In this document: in pieces, positions 50,241 to 63,812 of the stretch
How the letters are laid out: each line of letters opens with the position of its first letter
Position numbering within the stretch: position 1 is the first letter of the stretch
From: Antechinus flavipes
Lineage: Eukaryota
Assembly (NCBI RefSeq): GCF_016432865.1
Contig: NC_067400.1
Span: 255,254,001 to 255,318,000, forward strand
Length of the DNA: 64,000 nucleotides
Direction of reading: 5' to 3'
Notes under the pieces: model-generated
Told to the model about the DNA's origin: nothing
The model's input: only the letters and a program-made list of their open reading frames with translations
Databases searched by the model: none
Program-made: the position numbers and the translations under genes

Positions 50241-50391
50241 TGGGGCAGCTAGGTGGTGCAGTGGATAGAGCACCAGCCCTGAAGTCAGGAAGACCCCAGT
50301 CCAAATCTGGCCTCAGACACTTAACACTTCTTAGCTGTGTGCGACCCTACGCAAGTCTCTTAGCCCCAGTTGCCTCAGCAAAAAATTTTTT
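50241..50391 (+). mobile_element. WSINE1-like SINE (right arm of the palindrome)
   Basis: tggggcagctaggtggtgcagtggatagagcaccagccctgaagtcagg...gccccagttgcctcagcaaaaaa. Confidence 0.9.
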
Positions 50392-50554
50392 AAAAATTTC
50401 TCTATCATAGTTTTTAGACAGCTTTATGAAAAGCAAAATACTTTTATCCATTCTCATTTTTCAGATGACAGGAGAAATTGGGAGCTATTATAGATATATT
50501 CTTTCTTCTATTTTTGACCTTTGACTGACACTGATCAGTGTCTGATCAGTAGCT

Positions 50555-50790
50555 CAGTACATGAAGTGCTGGGTGTAGAATCAGGAAGACTTGACTTTGA
50601 ATCCAGTTTTAAACACTAGTATTGTAACCTTGGGCAAGTCATTAATCTCTGTTTGCCTCAGTTTCTTCACCTGTAAAATTAAGATATGATAATAGCATGA
50701 GCCTCATTGGGTTATTTTGAGGATCAAATGAGATAACAGTTGTAAAACCTTAGGAGAGTGCCTGGCACATAGAAATACTTGATAAATATT
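50555..50790 (+). mobile_element. MIR/CORE SINE
   Basis: gaatcaggaagac...ccttgggcaagtc...tttgcctcagtttcttcacctgtaaaat...gaggatcaaatgagataac. Confidence 0.8.
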
Positions 50791-51384
50791 AACTATTATT
50801 ATTATTACAGTCAGTTTCATTTTTATGGGATTATAGTTTCTTGAACTCTCCGGCACCCTCTAACTCTTGTTGAACATTTTCATGACGTTAAATCTTTGAT
50901 CTTTTTTATGTCTTCAATTTGAACCATGGTTTCAAGACTTTTTTTCCCCATTTTTCACTGGAAATACAAATATAAGAGCTAATTCTCCTTTTTAAATAGT
51001 TCAAATTCTATATGTTCATATTTAACTAAAAACAGTAGATAATATGAAAACATATGTTTAGTGATAAGGGGATAGAAGAGCAATACTAACTGAAGGAACA
51101 AAGAAGGGCCTCTTGAAGGGCGTAGCACTTTGAGCCTTAAAAAGAGCTGAAGGGAAATAGAGATGAGAAAGAACATTCTGGGCATGGAGGGCAGCCTGAG
51201 CAAAGGCATGGAAGCAGAGTTGTTATGGACAGAAATGGCAATTAGGTAAGTTGGATGAGGATGTAGAATTTAGGAGAAAGTAAAGAAAAAATATTGTAAG
51301 CATATCTCTGTTTAGATATACTATATTTTTCTGAACTCCTTTAGTATATTTCAGTACTTCTTAGATTATAAGGCTGCTTGTTCA

Positions 51385-51612
51385 ATTGTTCATTTGTGTA
51401 TGACTCTTTGTGAAACTTTGGAATTTCCTTGCCAGAAAATCCTGCAATTGTTTGCGTTTTCCTTCTTCATTCATTTTTCAGATGAGGAAACTCAAACAGG
51501 GTTAAATGACTTGCCTAAGGTCACCCAGATAATAAGAGTCTGAGCACAGATTTGAACTCCAGTCTTCCTGATTCCAGGCCTTGTGTCTCTATACTGTGCT
51601 GCCTAACTGCCT
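51385..51612 (-). mobile_element. Mar1-type SINE
   Basis: tgactctttgtgaaactttggaatttccttgccagaaaatcctg...gatgaggaaactcaaacagggttaaatgacttgcc...gctgcctaactgcc. Confidence 0.8.
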
Positions 51613-52841
51613 TAGGACTATGAGGTTAGCTTAAGACAAAAAGAGTTTCCCTTACTGCAAACTTAATAAATCACATTACACTGAAATGGTAGGTGAGTTT
51701 TAATTTTAAGACTTATTACTATATGTAGCCACAGAGTTTTTATGAATATTGGACCAAGAGCTGGGAAACCTAATTCTAAGTTTGGCTCTATTATTACCTT
51801 TCTCGGACTAATTTGTAAATAATGGATGATATTTTCCTATCTACTTTATAAAGTTGTTTTGAGGACCAAATAAAATAAGATCTGTGAAGATGATTTATAA
51901 AATGGCAGAAAGGCATTTTCTTTGTACAACTCTCCAGGGAATACCTCTTAAAACTTAGTGTTTTATGTTCCCAAATCTATTACTAACTTGTATTTGTAAT
52001 CACTCACCAGTGTCCTATTTTTGAACTATAATGTATACTTTAAGATGAATGGCTCCAAATAGATAAAGAGACTGTTTAACTCTCAGCTTTGTCACTTATT
52101 GACTGATCTCAAATAAGTCACCCTATGTCTTCGGATCAGTTTTCTCATCTCTAACATATGTCACTGGATAATGTGATCTCTGAGGCCCCTTCCAGCTTTA
52201 ATGGTTCATGAATCTGTTATCAGCTACAAAGTTAACATTTTCAATTCTTTTATTTAGGTTAGCAATGTAGGATATCAGTAATGGGATTGATCCCTATAGA
52301 CAAGGTTACCTTTATGTCAAAGAGAAGTTATCAATCTGTATATGATTTTAAGAGTTTGGGAAAGATCACCTCCAAATGCTTAAAATTCTATCACTAGTGA
52401 TACACCTAAAGAACACAGTGGGTAGAGTATTGGACTTGCAGTCATGAAGTCCTAAATCTTAATTTAACCTTAAATATTTAGTAGCTATGTGACCCAAGGA
52501 AAGACACTTAACCTCAGTCGGCCTCAGTTTTTTTTTCAGTTGTAATGGAGATAATAATAGAACCTGCCTATCAGGGTTATTGTAAGCATCAAATGAGATA
52601 ATATTTGTAAAATATTTAGCACACTGCCTAGCACATAATTACTTAATCAGTGCTTGTTTCCAGGCTAAAAATATAGATTGGAGCAAGGTTATGAAATTAA
52701 AAGTTAAAACATAGGAATTCTTGTATATTATAAAGGAAACAGGGAGCCACTGGAATTAATCAAATAAGGAAGTGACATAGTCGTATATGCCTAAGGAAAA
52801 TCACTGTGACAGCAGTTTTTTGGATGGATTTTAGATTGTAA

Positions 52842-53090
52842 GGGGCAGCTAGAGGTGGCACAGTGGATAGAGCACTAAGCCTGAAGTGAGGAAGACTCAG
52901 TTTCCTGAATTAAAATCTGCCCTCAGATACTTAATTGCTGTGTGACCTTGGACAAGTTAATCTTGTTTGCCTCCGTTTCCTCATCTGTAAAATAAACTGT
53001 AGAATTAAGTGGTCAGCTATTCTAGTATCTTTGCTGAGAAAACCCAAAATGATATCACAAAGAATCAGATATGCCAGAAAAACAATAACT
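52842..53090 (+). mobile_element. Mar1-type SINE
   Basis: ggggcagctagaggtggcacagtggatagagcac...tattctagtatctttgctgagaaaacccaaaatg. Confidence 0.85.
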
Positions 53091-53116
53091 TTAAAAAAGG
53101 TTATAAGAAATTTGAG

Positions 53117-53568
53117 CAACAATACTATATGATGATCAGTTCTGATGGACATGGCTCTCTTCAACAATGAGATGAACTAAATCAGTTCCAGTTGTTCAGT
53201 AATGAGGAGAACCAGCTACACCCAGTGAAAGAACTATGGGAAATGAGTATGAACCACAACATAGCATTTCCCCTCTCTCTGTTTTTGTCCGCTTGCATTT
53301 TTGATTTCCTTCTCAGGTTACTTTTACTTTATTTCTAAGTCTGATTTTTTCTTGTGCAACAAAATAACTATGGATATGTAAATCTATATTGTATCTAACA
53401 TATACTTTAACATATTTAACATGTATTGGTCTACCTGCCATCAAGGGGAGGGACTGGGGGAAAGGAAGGGAAAAGTTGGAACAGAAAGTTTTGCAAAGAT
53501 CAATGCTGAAAAATTACCCATGCATATATCTTGTAAATAAAAAGCTATAATAAAAAAAGAAAGAAAGA
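53117..53568 (+). mobile_element. 5'-truncated marsupial L1 3' end with a 12-bp TSD
   Basis: L1-type 3' UTR ending aataaaaagctataataaaaaaagaaag...; aagaaatttgag flanks both sides (53105-53116 and 53569-53580). Confidence 0.85.
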
Positions 53569-56500
53569 AAGAAATTTGAGGCAGAAAAACTAATCAGGAA
53601 GTTTCTAGCAATAATCAGGTGTGAGAGAATAAGGGCCTGAATTAAAAATGTGAGAGATTCTGTAGAGATAAAATTGGTAAAATTCGTCAACTGATTGGTT
53701 CTGTGGGGTGAGGGAGAGTGAGAATATGAATATAATGCCAAAGTAATTAACAAACATTTGAGTTTGAGATATAGGTAATTAGAGATAAAGCTCAGATCTA
53801 GAACTTATTTACATTTATATAATTATATTCGTGAGAATATAGAAGGAAAAGAGAAGAGGGCCTTTGGTGGAACCTTGATTATATACCCATAAACAAAAAC
53901 AATAGTTCTGTGTCCTTTTTTTCAAATCTCTTCTAATACATTTTGGCTTTATTTTTTCTTCTTCTTTAATATGCTTATAGTTGTAGCTAATTTACATACA
54001 GTTTTGGTTCTATTAATCTTTACTTGAATTACTTTGTAGTTTTTTCCCGTACTTCCTTTCATAAGAATGAAAGTGTCTATTTTTTGCCTTAATAATAACA
54101 ACCCATTACAACAATGTACCATCATCTTTTGGTCTTTTTTATTTTTCATTTTAAGAAAAAACATTTATTTTAAACTTAACAAGCATGAATAGAAATGAAC
54201 ATTTCAGTTTAGAAGAACTAAATATATATGAAACTGAACTATTTTAGAGTTAGAGTTTTATAAAGACTATATTAAATTTAACAGAATAATAAACAAAATA
54301 CCTTGTCTATCTATGTTCCTTTAGGAAATTCTTTGTGATTGTTGATATATATTTTTTTTTAATTTTGGTGTCCTTATTACTACTCTCCACATCTTCCTCT
54401 CCACACAGAAGCCTAGCCTTATAACCCTCTAAGTAGAGTCAAGTAAAATAAATGCACATATTGGCTCCATTTAAAAATATCTGATTCATTCTGTAACTCC
54501 AATCTTGTCACCCCTCTGTCACAAAGAGAAAGAATGCTTCTTTCAGTAGTCTTCTGGAGTCATGACTGGTCTTTATTTGAGTGAGAGGTCTTCAGTCTGT
54601 CCAAATTGTTTTCCGATACTGTTTTATACTCATGTAAATTATTCTCACACTTTATATCAGTTCTTACGGGTCTCCTCAAGTTTTTTTGAATCTGTAATTT
54701 GTCATTTCTTTTAAAGTAGTGGTATTCCTTTACAATCATATACTATAACTTATTTAAGCTCTTCCCAGTCAGTTGATAACCACTTTATACTTAATTCTTT
54801 TCTATGACAGAAAGTGCTGTTATAATTTTTTCATAACTGAATGTATTTTCGTAACTGTGACAGAGGGGTGACAAGATTGGAGTTACAGAATGAATCAGAT
54901 ATTTTTAAATGGAGCCAATATGTGCATTTATTTTACTTGACTCTACTTAGAGGGTTATAAGGCTAGGCTTCTGTGTGGAGAGGAAGATGTGGGGAGTAGT
55001 AATAAGGATACCAAAATTTTAAAAAAATATATCAACAATTTAATGATTTTTCATTTGTTCCCAAGGTTCTTAACCTTTCAGCTTCAGCAACCAGTTTTTC
55101 CTTATAAGTCAAAACCATGTTCTTACTCATTTGTTTTCTCTCTGTTTTCAGATGATACTATTATTAACCCCAATCACCAATTTCTCAGCTGCCCTGCTTT
55201 CGCAGCAAATATTAGGGTAGTTGATGTCTCCCATCATGGCTCCATTCTAAGTCTGTATTCTGGTCTGTGAATTCTTTGTCTAATTATCCTCCTTTCCATG
55301 TCATCTATACTATATTTAAATGGCATGAATTCTTTTTCTCCTTGCAATTGATCTTCACCTGGCACATTAAGCCATGTTTCTTCCTTCTGATTCTTAATGT
55401 GAATAGATTATCTCATATATAAGTAGATTCTACCAACCTTCTTATTTGGGTCCTTTTGAACAAGGTACTATACATGTTGAGTTGAAATATACATGCATTT
55501 AAATTATATGAATTTAATTATATTCTCTTCACCAGTAAGTTAAAGAAATAAGTATACATTTAATTTATTACCACAGTTACAGAACTGCTTTGCATGTCTT
55601 GGTCTCCTTCTGAACTTCCTTCTGCTCTCTTCTATGTATTTTTAAATAATTAATTAATGTGCTTTATTTTCTTGGATATCACTGCCACTATGCTTCTTTA
55701 CTCATTTCCTTTTTACTTTTCCTCCAAAATAAAAACAATTCCTTGTTACAAATAAATATAGTCAGGCAAAACAAATCTACCTATTGGCTATCCATATGCT
55801 TTATTCTGCAAGAAGAAGAGGAAGCATGGGCAAAGGTAAACTAAATTCTTTGGACCAAAGCAAAAACATAATAAAAACTATTCAAAAATTTGACACTAAG
55901 GACAAATAATATTGTACCTGCGAAGAGAACTTGTTTAGAGATAAAAAATGAAATGGGAATAACAGTACATCCCTCAAATGAAATATTAACAAGATGGATT
56001 AAGACTATTTAATAGTCTTCTTAAGTACTTTCTAGTGTAAGTATATTTGAAACTTACATGTTTGTTAATGAAACTCAACTCTGCATATTGAAATGTCAAA
56101 CAAATAGTATAATTTGCAGAAAGGCCTCCAAAGGCTGTTTAACTCGTTAGGAAAATACCAGATGAGCTTTTTCATGAGCAGTTTAAAATTAATTAGGGAT
56201 AATTCATGTAAAACATACCTAGAAGATGTAAAACTCTAAGCTTTATACAATTTTTAAGGTTAGGCCCTAGGAAAAGTGTTTAGAACTCCTTGTTGACTTT
56301 TCTTTAAAAATTGGTTGATTGATTATTGTTCTGTTGAAGTCTATGGTTTAACAACATGGGTTTCAGACAGATTATCACCCTATTTTGTTTCCAGTAATCT
56401 GACTGAAGCCCATGTTGTTAACAAGGAATCCTAGACAAGCAATAAATGTTTGTGGCCTACCATTCTGCTTCTTTCATGACCTTGGTTGTTTTAGTTGGCC

Positions 56501-56584
56501 TTCTCTAGATTTATTATAGCTACATTTGTTTTTCCTAAGGGGTGATAAGCATAGATGTATTGAATATTTTTGGGTCACTGTGGT

Positions 56585-57480
56585 TTTGTACAAGAATAGG
56601 CTTAACTGTATGCCAGGCATTGTGCTAAGTACTGGAAACTCAAGAAAAAGATTTAAAAAAATAATAATAATCCCAGCCCCTGCCTTCAAGGACCTCACAT
56701 CCTAATGGGAAAGATAAAGATAAAAGTATTAGACAGAGACCCAGTGAATGAAAACTAGAGAGACAGGAATAGCCTCCTGTAGAAGGTGGAATTTGAGAAG
56801 AATCTTGAAGCAAGTCAGGGAAACTAAGAAGCCCAGGTGAGGAGAAAGCATTTCATATTTGAGGGATAGTCAAGGGAAATGAAATAAATCAGGAGATAGA
56901 GTTTCATGTCTTAGGAATATCAAGGATGTCCATTTGACTGGATCATGCTGTACATGGAGTTTAATAAAATGTAAGAAGATTAGATAAATAGGACCAGGTT
57001 GTGAAAACCTTTGAATAGCAACCTGAAGACTTTGTAGTAGATATTGGAGGTGATAGGGAATCATTTGGTTTATTAAGTAGGGGCACCATAATCAGATCTG
57101 TGCTTTAGGAAAACTAGTTCAACCGAATGAAGGATGGAAAGATAAGGCAGAAAGACCAATCACAAGACTATTTCAATAGAGATGATGAGGATAGAACTGT
57201 GAGTAGAGAGAAGACATATATAAACGGCATTGTGAAGGTAGAAACAAGATTTGTAAATGAGAAGGGATTGCAATAGAAAGTCAAGAACGACATATAGATT
57301 TTGAGCCTAGATATGAGAATGATTTATAACAGAGAAGTTTGAAGAGGCTTTATGAAAAGATAACTTCTGTTTTGGACATTTTGAGTTTGAGTTGGGAGCC
57401 AGTGATATGGCCAAACAAGATAATTTAGAAGGAAAAGGAAAGAGGGTCTTGGTAAAAGCCTTTAATTAGTGAACACGATA
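56585..57480 (-). mobile_element. L2 LINE relic
   Basis: tatgccaggcattgtgctaag...ccctgccttcaaggacctcacatcctaatgg, followed by a purine-rich L2 antisense-type body. Confidence 0.65.
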
Positions 57481-60400
57481 CTTTTAGCCTCTGTTATATG
57501 TTTCCATGGAGCAATTAAGATAGTTCCTTAGGGTGGGAGCTGTCTAATGCCTGTCTAAAGTTAAGCAATAAATTTAGGACAGTAAAGAGGGGAGAAATAA
57601 CAGAGAAACTGAGAAGTAGAGTGGAGACTAAGTGGCAAACAACTGGCCTTCTCTGATATGACCAGCAATAAGATAAGAATGCCGTAGGCCAGTTGGTAAT
57701 ATATGCCCCTCCCTCCCTTGGCTAGAAAGTACAGTGGCTAAGGGTTGTCTTCTTTGTCTCATTCTCTTTCCTCACTCCATCTGTATATTAAGAATTGAAA
57801 AAAAAAATGTATATATGTCTGTGTGTATGTGTGTGTGTATAAAATTTTGTTACCCACCACTGCTAGTGGCATTTTATAATTCTGATTTTCTTTTTGTAAA
57901 TTAGTTTAGTCCCAGTGTTTTTGGACATGTCTTTACTTGAGATTAATGTGCACAAAGGGATGTTCCTGAGAAGATTTTGTTTTTTATAAACTATGTGCTT
58001 GGATCCTGCAGTTCTAGCTAGGAGGTTAAACATTTTCCTGAATGTAATTGAGTCTCAGTTTAGCTTATAATTCTTTTTCCAAATTGAACCCTAATATCTG
58101 AACTAGGGTCCCCCTAAATTTCCTGTGAAAAAATGAACCATTGAAAGATGGTGCTGTTGCTGAAGTGCAGGTCCTAGAAACTAAATTCTGTCCTTGTTAC
58201 CCAAAAGGAGGGGAAAATAAGGAGAGCATAGATCCTCATGCTACACAGAGACAGAATATTTTATATATGAATGAAGACTCAATCAAGGACTTAAAGAGTA
58301 ATAGATAGATAGGAAGAGATCTAATGGTACAACTGAATGAACATGGAATTTTATATTAGAGGACCTGGGTTTGAATCTTGGGTCTAATCTGCTTTTCATA
58401 TATAATAACCTTCAGTTAATCACTTAACCTTTTTAGTTCATAGTATCCTCATCTGTCCAAAAAAGGAGGTGAAATAAATAGCATCTAAAGTCATTTCCAC
58501 CTTTAAATTTGTTTTGTGACCATAAGAGAAAATTTCTGTTGTCAACAGATTCAACAAACATTGTGGCTAAACAAAGTCACTATTTTAGTGATGATGATGA
58601 TGATGAAAATTAACATAGTGCCTTCTGTAAAGTAGTTCATTATCTGGTAACCTGCATAAGATATATAAGGATAACCTTAAAAAAGGTTAGAATTCAAATC
58701 TAGAAAGGCAAACGTAAAACCAAGAAATTAATAAAAAATAATGAAGGCTATTCTATAATTTCAAAGTCCTTTTGAACAAATTCTGGAATATCAGAATGAA
58801 AGGAAACCAAAACACTGCTTCTTTTCACAGCTAGTAGTACATTTTTGGAGTACATATTCCAAGTATTATAGATACTTAAGTGCTCCAAGCTTAAACATAT
58901 AAATATCTTTTTAAAAGGGTTAAAAATGTATGACTTATAGATCCATAACAAGATAATATTTTTTAAATGACTGCATTATTATAATTTGAAAGTTTAAGAA
59001 CTTAGATTAATGTAATGACCAATTATGTCCTGAGAGCACCACTGATGAAGCACGCTTCCAACCTCTTGCCAAACAAATGATACAGCAGGGGTGCAGAAGG
59101 AGGCATACTTTTTTGATATAGCCAATGTATGGATTTGGCTTATTTGACTATACTAACTTGTTGCTAGGTAACTATTCATAACAAGATAATAAAGGTCTTT
59201 AATGCAGGCTTTTTGTCCCCTCAAGATTTATCCTGTATATCATGCTGTTCTCAGGCTTGGGATATGAAGTTTTAACAAAACATTTTCATATCTTTGTATT
59301 TGTTTTTTCTTAATTTTTACAAGAAAAAATTATTTTTCTTGTCTTTTATCTAGAATTCAGGCTCTCAGAGGAAGGAAAAGACCTTATGTTTTAGTTCCAG
59401 TTCCTCCACTAAGTAATTGTGTAATCTTAAGCAAATAAATTTATTTCACTTCCGTGGACCTCATGAGTTTCATCTCTAATATAAGAAGTTGTACTAAAAA
59501 TGGTCTGCAAGATTTTTTCAACTCTAAAAGTCTTTGCTTTATTTTGTCCTTCTGAAATTAGATCACACAATCATAGAATATGAGGGTTGTCAGGTACCTT
59601 TGTTGGACAGTTAGTGCAATTATATATGAAAGGAATGAATGCCATAATATATTTGATAAATAGTCACTCAGTTTTCCTCTTCTGCTCAAAACTCCCCCAG
59701 TTGGGAATATCTTATCACCTCTCAAGCCTGCCCATTATGCTTCTGGAAAGCTCTAATGGTCAGGAAGTTTTTTTCTGATATCAAAATCACATTTGCCCTT
59801 TCTACTTATTATTTCTGATTCTGCATCTCTGAGGTCCATACCAGGAGAGGGCTAATCCTTCTTCCATGTGACAGTTATATCCTTTTTGGGTCTTCTGTTC
59901 TCTAATCTTAAATTTCCTTTTTCCTTCAGCTATTCCCTGCATGACATGTACTTATTAACTCTTTTCACTATTCTGTTGGTCCATCTTTGAATTCTCCAGT
60001 TTATCAATGCCCTCTTAAATTGTGACTCTACGGGTATGACGAAAGATTGGTTTTGTTAGCTAGATACCTAAATCAATTTTTACTTAAATCATCTATATAT
60101 ATATATATGTGTGTAAATGGTAATACAAAATTGTGATAATTTGGGGGTTAAATTTATTTATCTTAATTGTTATATGGTTTTTGGTTTCTTCAGAATGAAA
60201 AAGTCATAACTAAAATAGAAAAGTTGTAGATAGAACTCTATGTAGGTATAACTGAAATAAGTCATTTCCTTGGCCAAAAAGACCTAGTAGGGAGGGGAAG
60301 TTGAGAGGCTCAATTAATAGTCATTATTAGACATAATTATAGAAATACTTTAAATAAACATCAGTTCAAAAATTTACTAAATATATCAAGTTTAATATAA

Positions 60401-61279
60401 TAATTCATTTTCTAGTGGGAAGAGCACTAGATGGGAGTTAGAATATTTGGGTGCTGCCAAGACTAGCTGTGTGACTTTCCTTCTCCACTTTAGTTTCTTC
60501 ATTTATAAAATTGAGGAATCAGATTAGATATCTTGAATATAGATTTAAAGCTAGAAGAACTATAATAGTCATTTAGTGTAATCCCTTAGTCCAAACCTGG
60601 ATCTTATCTAAAGGTCCTTTTTAGCTCTAAAATTGCATAGGTCTGTGTTCAGTGCACTGTCAAGTACTAGTGATAGAAAAGTTAAAACAATCTCACAATC
60701 ACATGAATCTTATTATAAAATGGGCTGACATTTTCAAGTAAATATAATTTGTTTGTTCTTAGAGGAAGAAATCACTTTTAACTTGGAGGGGAAATCAGAA
60801 AAGGCAGTACAACATATCACATATTAATAAGAACTTAATGAATTCCTGAGCTGGTCTTTAATGAGAGGGAAAGCTTTCTAGGTAAAAAGATAAGGGAAAA
60901 TCATTCCAGGAGAGGAATAAGATAGTTCAGAAGTAAATGAGGCACCAGGTTCCAGAATAAGCTTCTGGGTCCTATTATGAATAAGATGAAAGAGGATTCT
61001 GTTACCAAAGAATTATGCATAAAGGAAAATAATTTTTACTGACAATGGTCTAAGATGCGAGGAACCCTAGTGAGATCACAACTTAATGAATTTACAGCAA
61101 AAAAGGCTAATCCCTAATCTTCAACCTGCTCACTCCTGACTCCCTTCCCCCACCAGTCTAGCTGATTGGTATAACCTGACTTACAGACATGCAATAGGTC
61201 TCAATTTAGCCATTCTCCTGGAGAAAAGTAGGATGCATTCTCTGCCTAGGATAATAGGATGGCAGATAACTTTACTGAA

Positions 61280-61580
61280 ACACTAGTTAGCTAGAAAACT
61301 GAGCAACAAAAGGAAACTACATATACTAAAAAGAACCAAAGACAGCAAATCACTATTAATATTAAACTTACATTCCATATGTTTAGCAGCTAAATTCATA
61401 AAGGAGAAACCAACTGAATTATAAAAAAGGCATAGAAACTTATACAGAGTGACAGGAGATTTTATTAGAGCTCTCTTAATTTTGGACAAAAGGAAAAATA
61501 TAGAATGAAGAAATAAGAAGACAGTGAATTCAAGGAAATAATGTGGATATATAAAGGTATTAAATGAGATGAACCTAGAA
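61280..61580 (+). mobile_element. Decayed L1 ORF2 endonuclease-region fragment
   Basis: gcagctaaattcataaaggagaaaccaactgaatta...gtgacaggagatttt resembles the L1 EN ..SKFIKEKL.EL...VTGDFN region. Confidence 0.5.
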
Positions 61581-63439
61581 AGGGAGAATAAAGTCATCTT
61601 GTTGAGAGCTTTAAATAGTTGACAGGCTAGTGGCTTTTTAAAAATTTGCTAGACTATTTCTTGTTGCCTTTGGGAGCATGAAGAAACTTACTCTTTTGTG
61701 TGATTTTCTGAGAAGAATTTGACAACCATCCTTCTATTTAGTTTCAAATTCCTTCAAAATCTTCTGGTTTTGATTTTCTCAAATATCAACATAAATCTGC
61801 TTCATTTGTCTTATAATATGTCAACTGAGTCATTTAGAATCCCAGTATTTAAGTCAAAATTAAAAGCTGATTTAACATACCTCCAGACTGTTCCTTCTGA
61901 ACATTGCCCATATGAAATATCACATGACTAACCTGCTAAAAACTTCAGCTGATTCCTCATCAATCATCTTTTTAGCATTAGGCTCTTATAGTTTAGCCTT
62001 AATAAACTTCCATGGCATAGCTTTAGAAACCTTCAAAAGGGAAAACGATTATCTGGGCAAGAGGTGCCAAATAGCTCCATAATCTGATAGAATCAACACA
62101 AGCACCAAACTAGAGGTTGTCCCCTCTAATAGTGACCTGGAGTCAAATGTTTTTCATGAATCAAGTGCCCATTGTGTCTGCTTATAAATTAGGTATGGGA
62201 ATACAAAGGCTAAAAGAGTAATTTCCTATGCTCAGGAAGTTTACATTCTATTGGGGAGAAGGGGAGGGAATAACGTACTTGAAAAATTAAAAATAAAATA
62301 CATTCAGTGTAATTTTCAGAGGAAAGGTATTAGGAGTGGGGTGAGTTTGGGTGTTGCAGAAAGAATAGGCTTCCTTAAAAAGACAGTATATAATTTGATC
62401 TCAGAGGGAAGTATGTAAGTTTGACGAGGCAAGAGAGTTATGAACTATGCAAAGGCAGAGATGAGAAAACAAATGTGTCTGCAACATAACAGACTAGTGT
62501 CACTGGCATGTAAAGAATGTGGAGAAGAGTAATGAGCAATTGGTTTGAAAGGCAGGCTAGAGCCCGATATTATGGAGTTTATAAGCCAAATTGAGTAGTT
62601 GATACTTTATCCTAGAGAAAAAAGGGAACTATTGATGATTCTTGAGCAAAGGAGTGATGTGGCCAGACTTGCTATTTAAACACTTTTATAGCTATGAGGA
62701 GAAAGGGTCTGTGTAGGGGGATGAGTTTTGAGGCAGGGAATTCAATTAGAAAGTTACCAAATTAGTCCACAAGAAAAGTGTTGAGGGTCTGAATTAGGAT
62801 GGTTGTTGTATAAGTAGAGAGAAAAAGATAGATTCAGATACATTGTAGAGGTAGAATTGGTAAGGCTTTGCAAGAGATTGGATGTGGGAGGTGAGGAAGA
62901 AAGAAGAATCAAAGATGACCCAAAGGTGACAAATCTGGGAGGGGGTACCCTTATTTAAAAAAAAAAAAAGTTGCAGGAATCAGGAAGAGGGGAAGGTTTT
63001 AGGAGAAAAGAAAATTGTGATTAAACTTGTCTGAGAATCCATTGATAGGTACTACTATCAATAACAATAATAAATGATTCAGATCTATAGAAAAAAAACA
63101 ATTTATTATTATCTGAGCATAGGATTCACTGAAATAAAAATCAGTGAACTCTGAACAAAAGTTTCAACAACTTTATATAGATTTTAGTTTCATAGGTAGG
63201 ATGGGAACAATGAAATTTCAAAGAGTAAATAAGGGAAGAGTATGACATACAGACCAAAGAGCAGATAGCAGAAGGGAAAGGTCTATATCAGATAAAATAG
63301 GAAATTAAGCCAGAGCTATAGATGTTATGTCATGTTGTAAACTTGCAGACAAATAGGACAGGAATTAACCTAGTTAACATTGAGGCTACACTTAAGTTTC
63401 ATTTAGATTTTGCAGGCTATAGCTACTTATATGCCCTGC

Positions 63440-63800
63440 TCATTTTAAGTAAATAATGGTAATAAAGTGAGCCAGAAATTCTCTCATCATTATAATCGTT
63501 TCTGTCTTGGACATGTTGAATTTGAGGTCCCAGCTAGATATACAATTGGTAATGCAGGACTGAAGTTTAAGAAAGTTTAGACTACATATATAATTTGGAA
63601 TGAGTTTGCATAAAAGTAATGGTTCAATCAATAAAATCTGAGAGAAAAAAGTAGGATGATAAAGAAATGAAGAGAGATAAGGTTGGTGATTCTGCAAAGG
63701 AGGCAAAGGTAGAATGCCCCAACATGTAAAAAAAGAGATTTGGGAGAGAACAGTATCATGAAAATCCAAAGAGGAGAGGAGTGGTTAACAATGTTGAAAA
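63440..63800 (-). mobile_element. L2 RT relic
   Basis: Minus-strand translation LQSCITNCISSWDLKFNMSKTE is L2-like. Confidence 0.7.
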
Positions 63801-63812
63801 CTATAAAGGTCA

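Noticed and set aside
50527-50542. 16-bp perfect palindrome gacactgatcagtgtc
   Set aside because: About one such 8-bp-arm palindrome is expected by chance in 64 kb.
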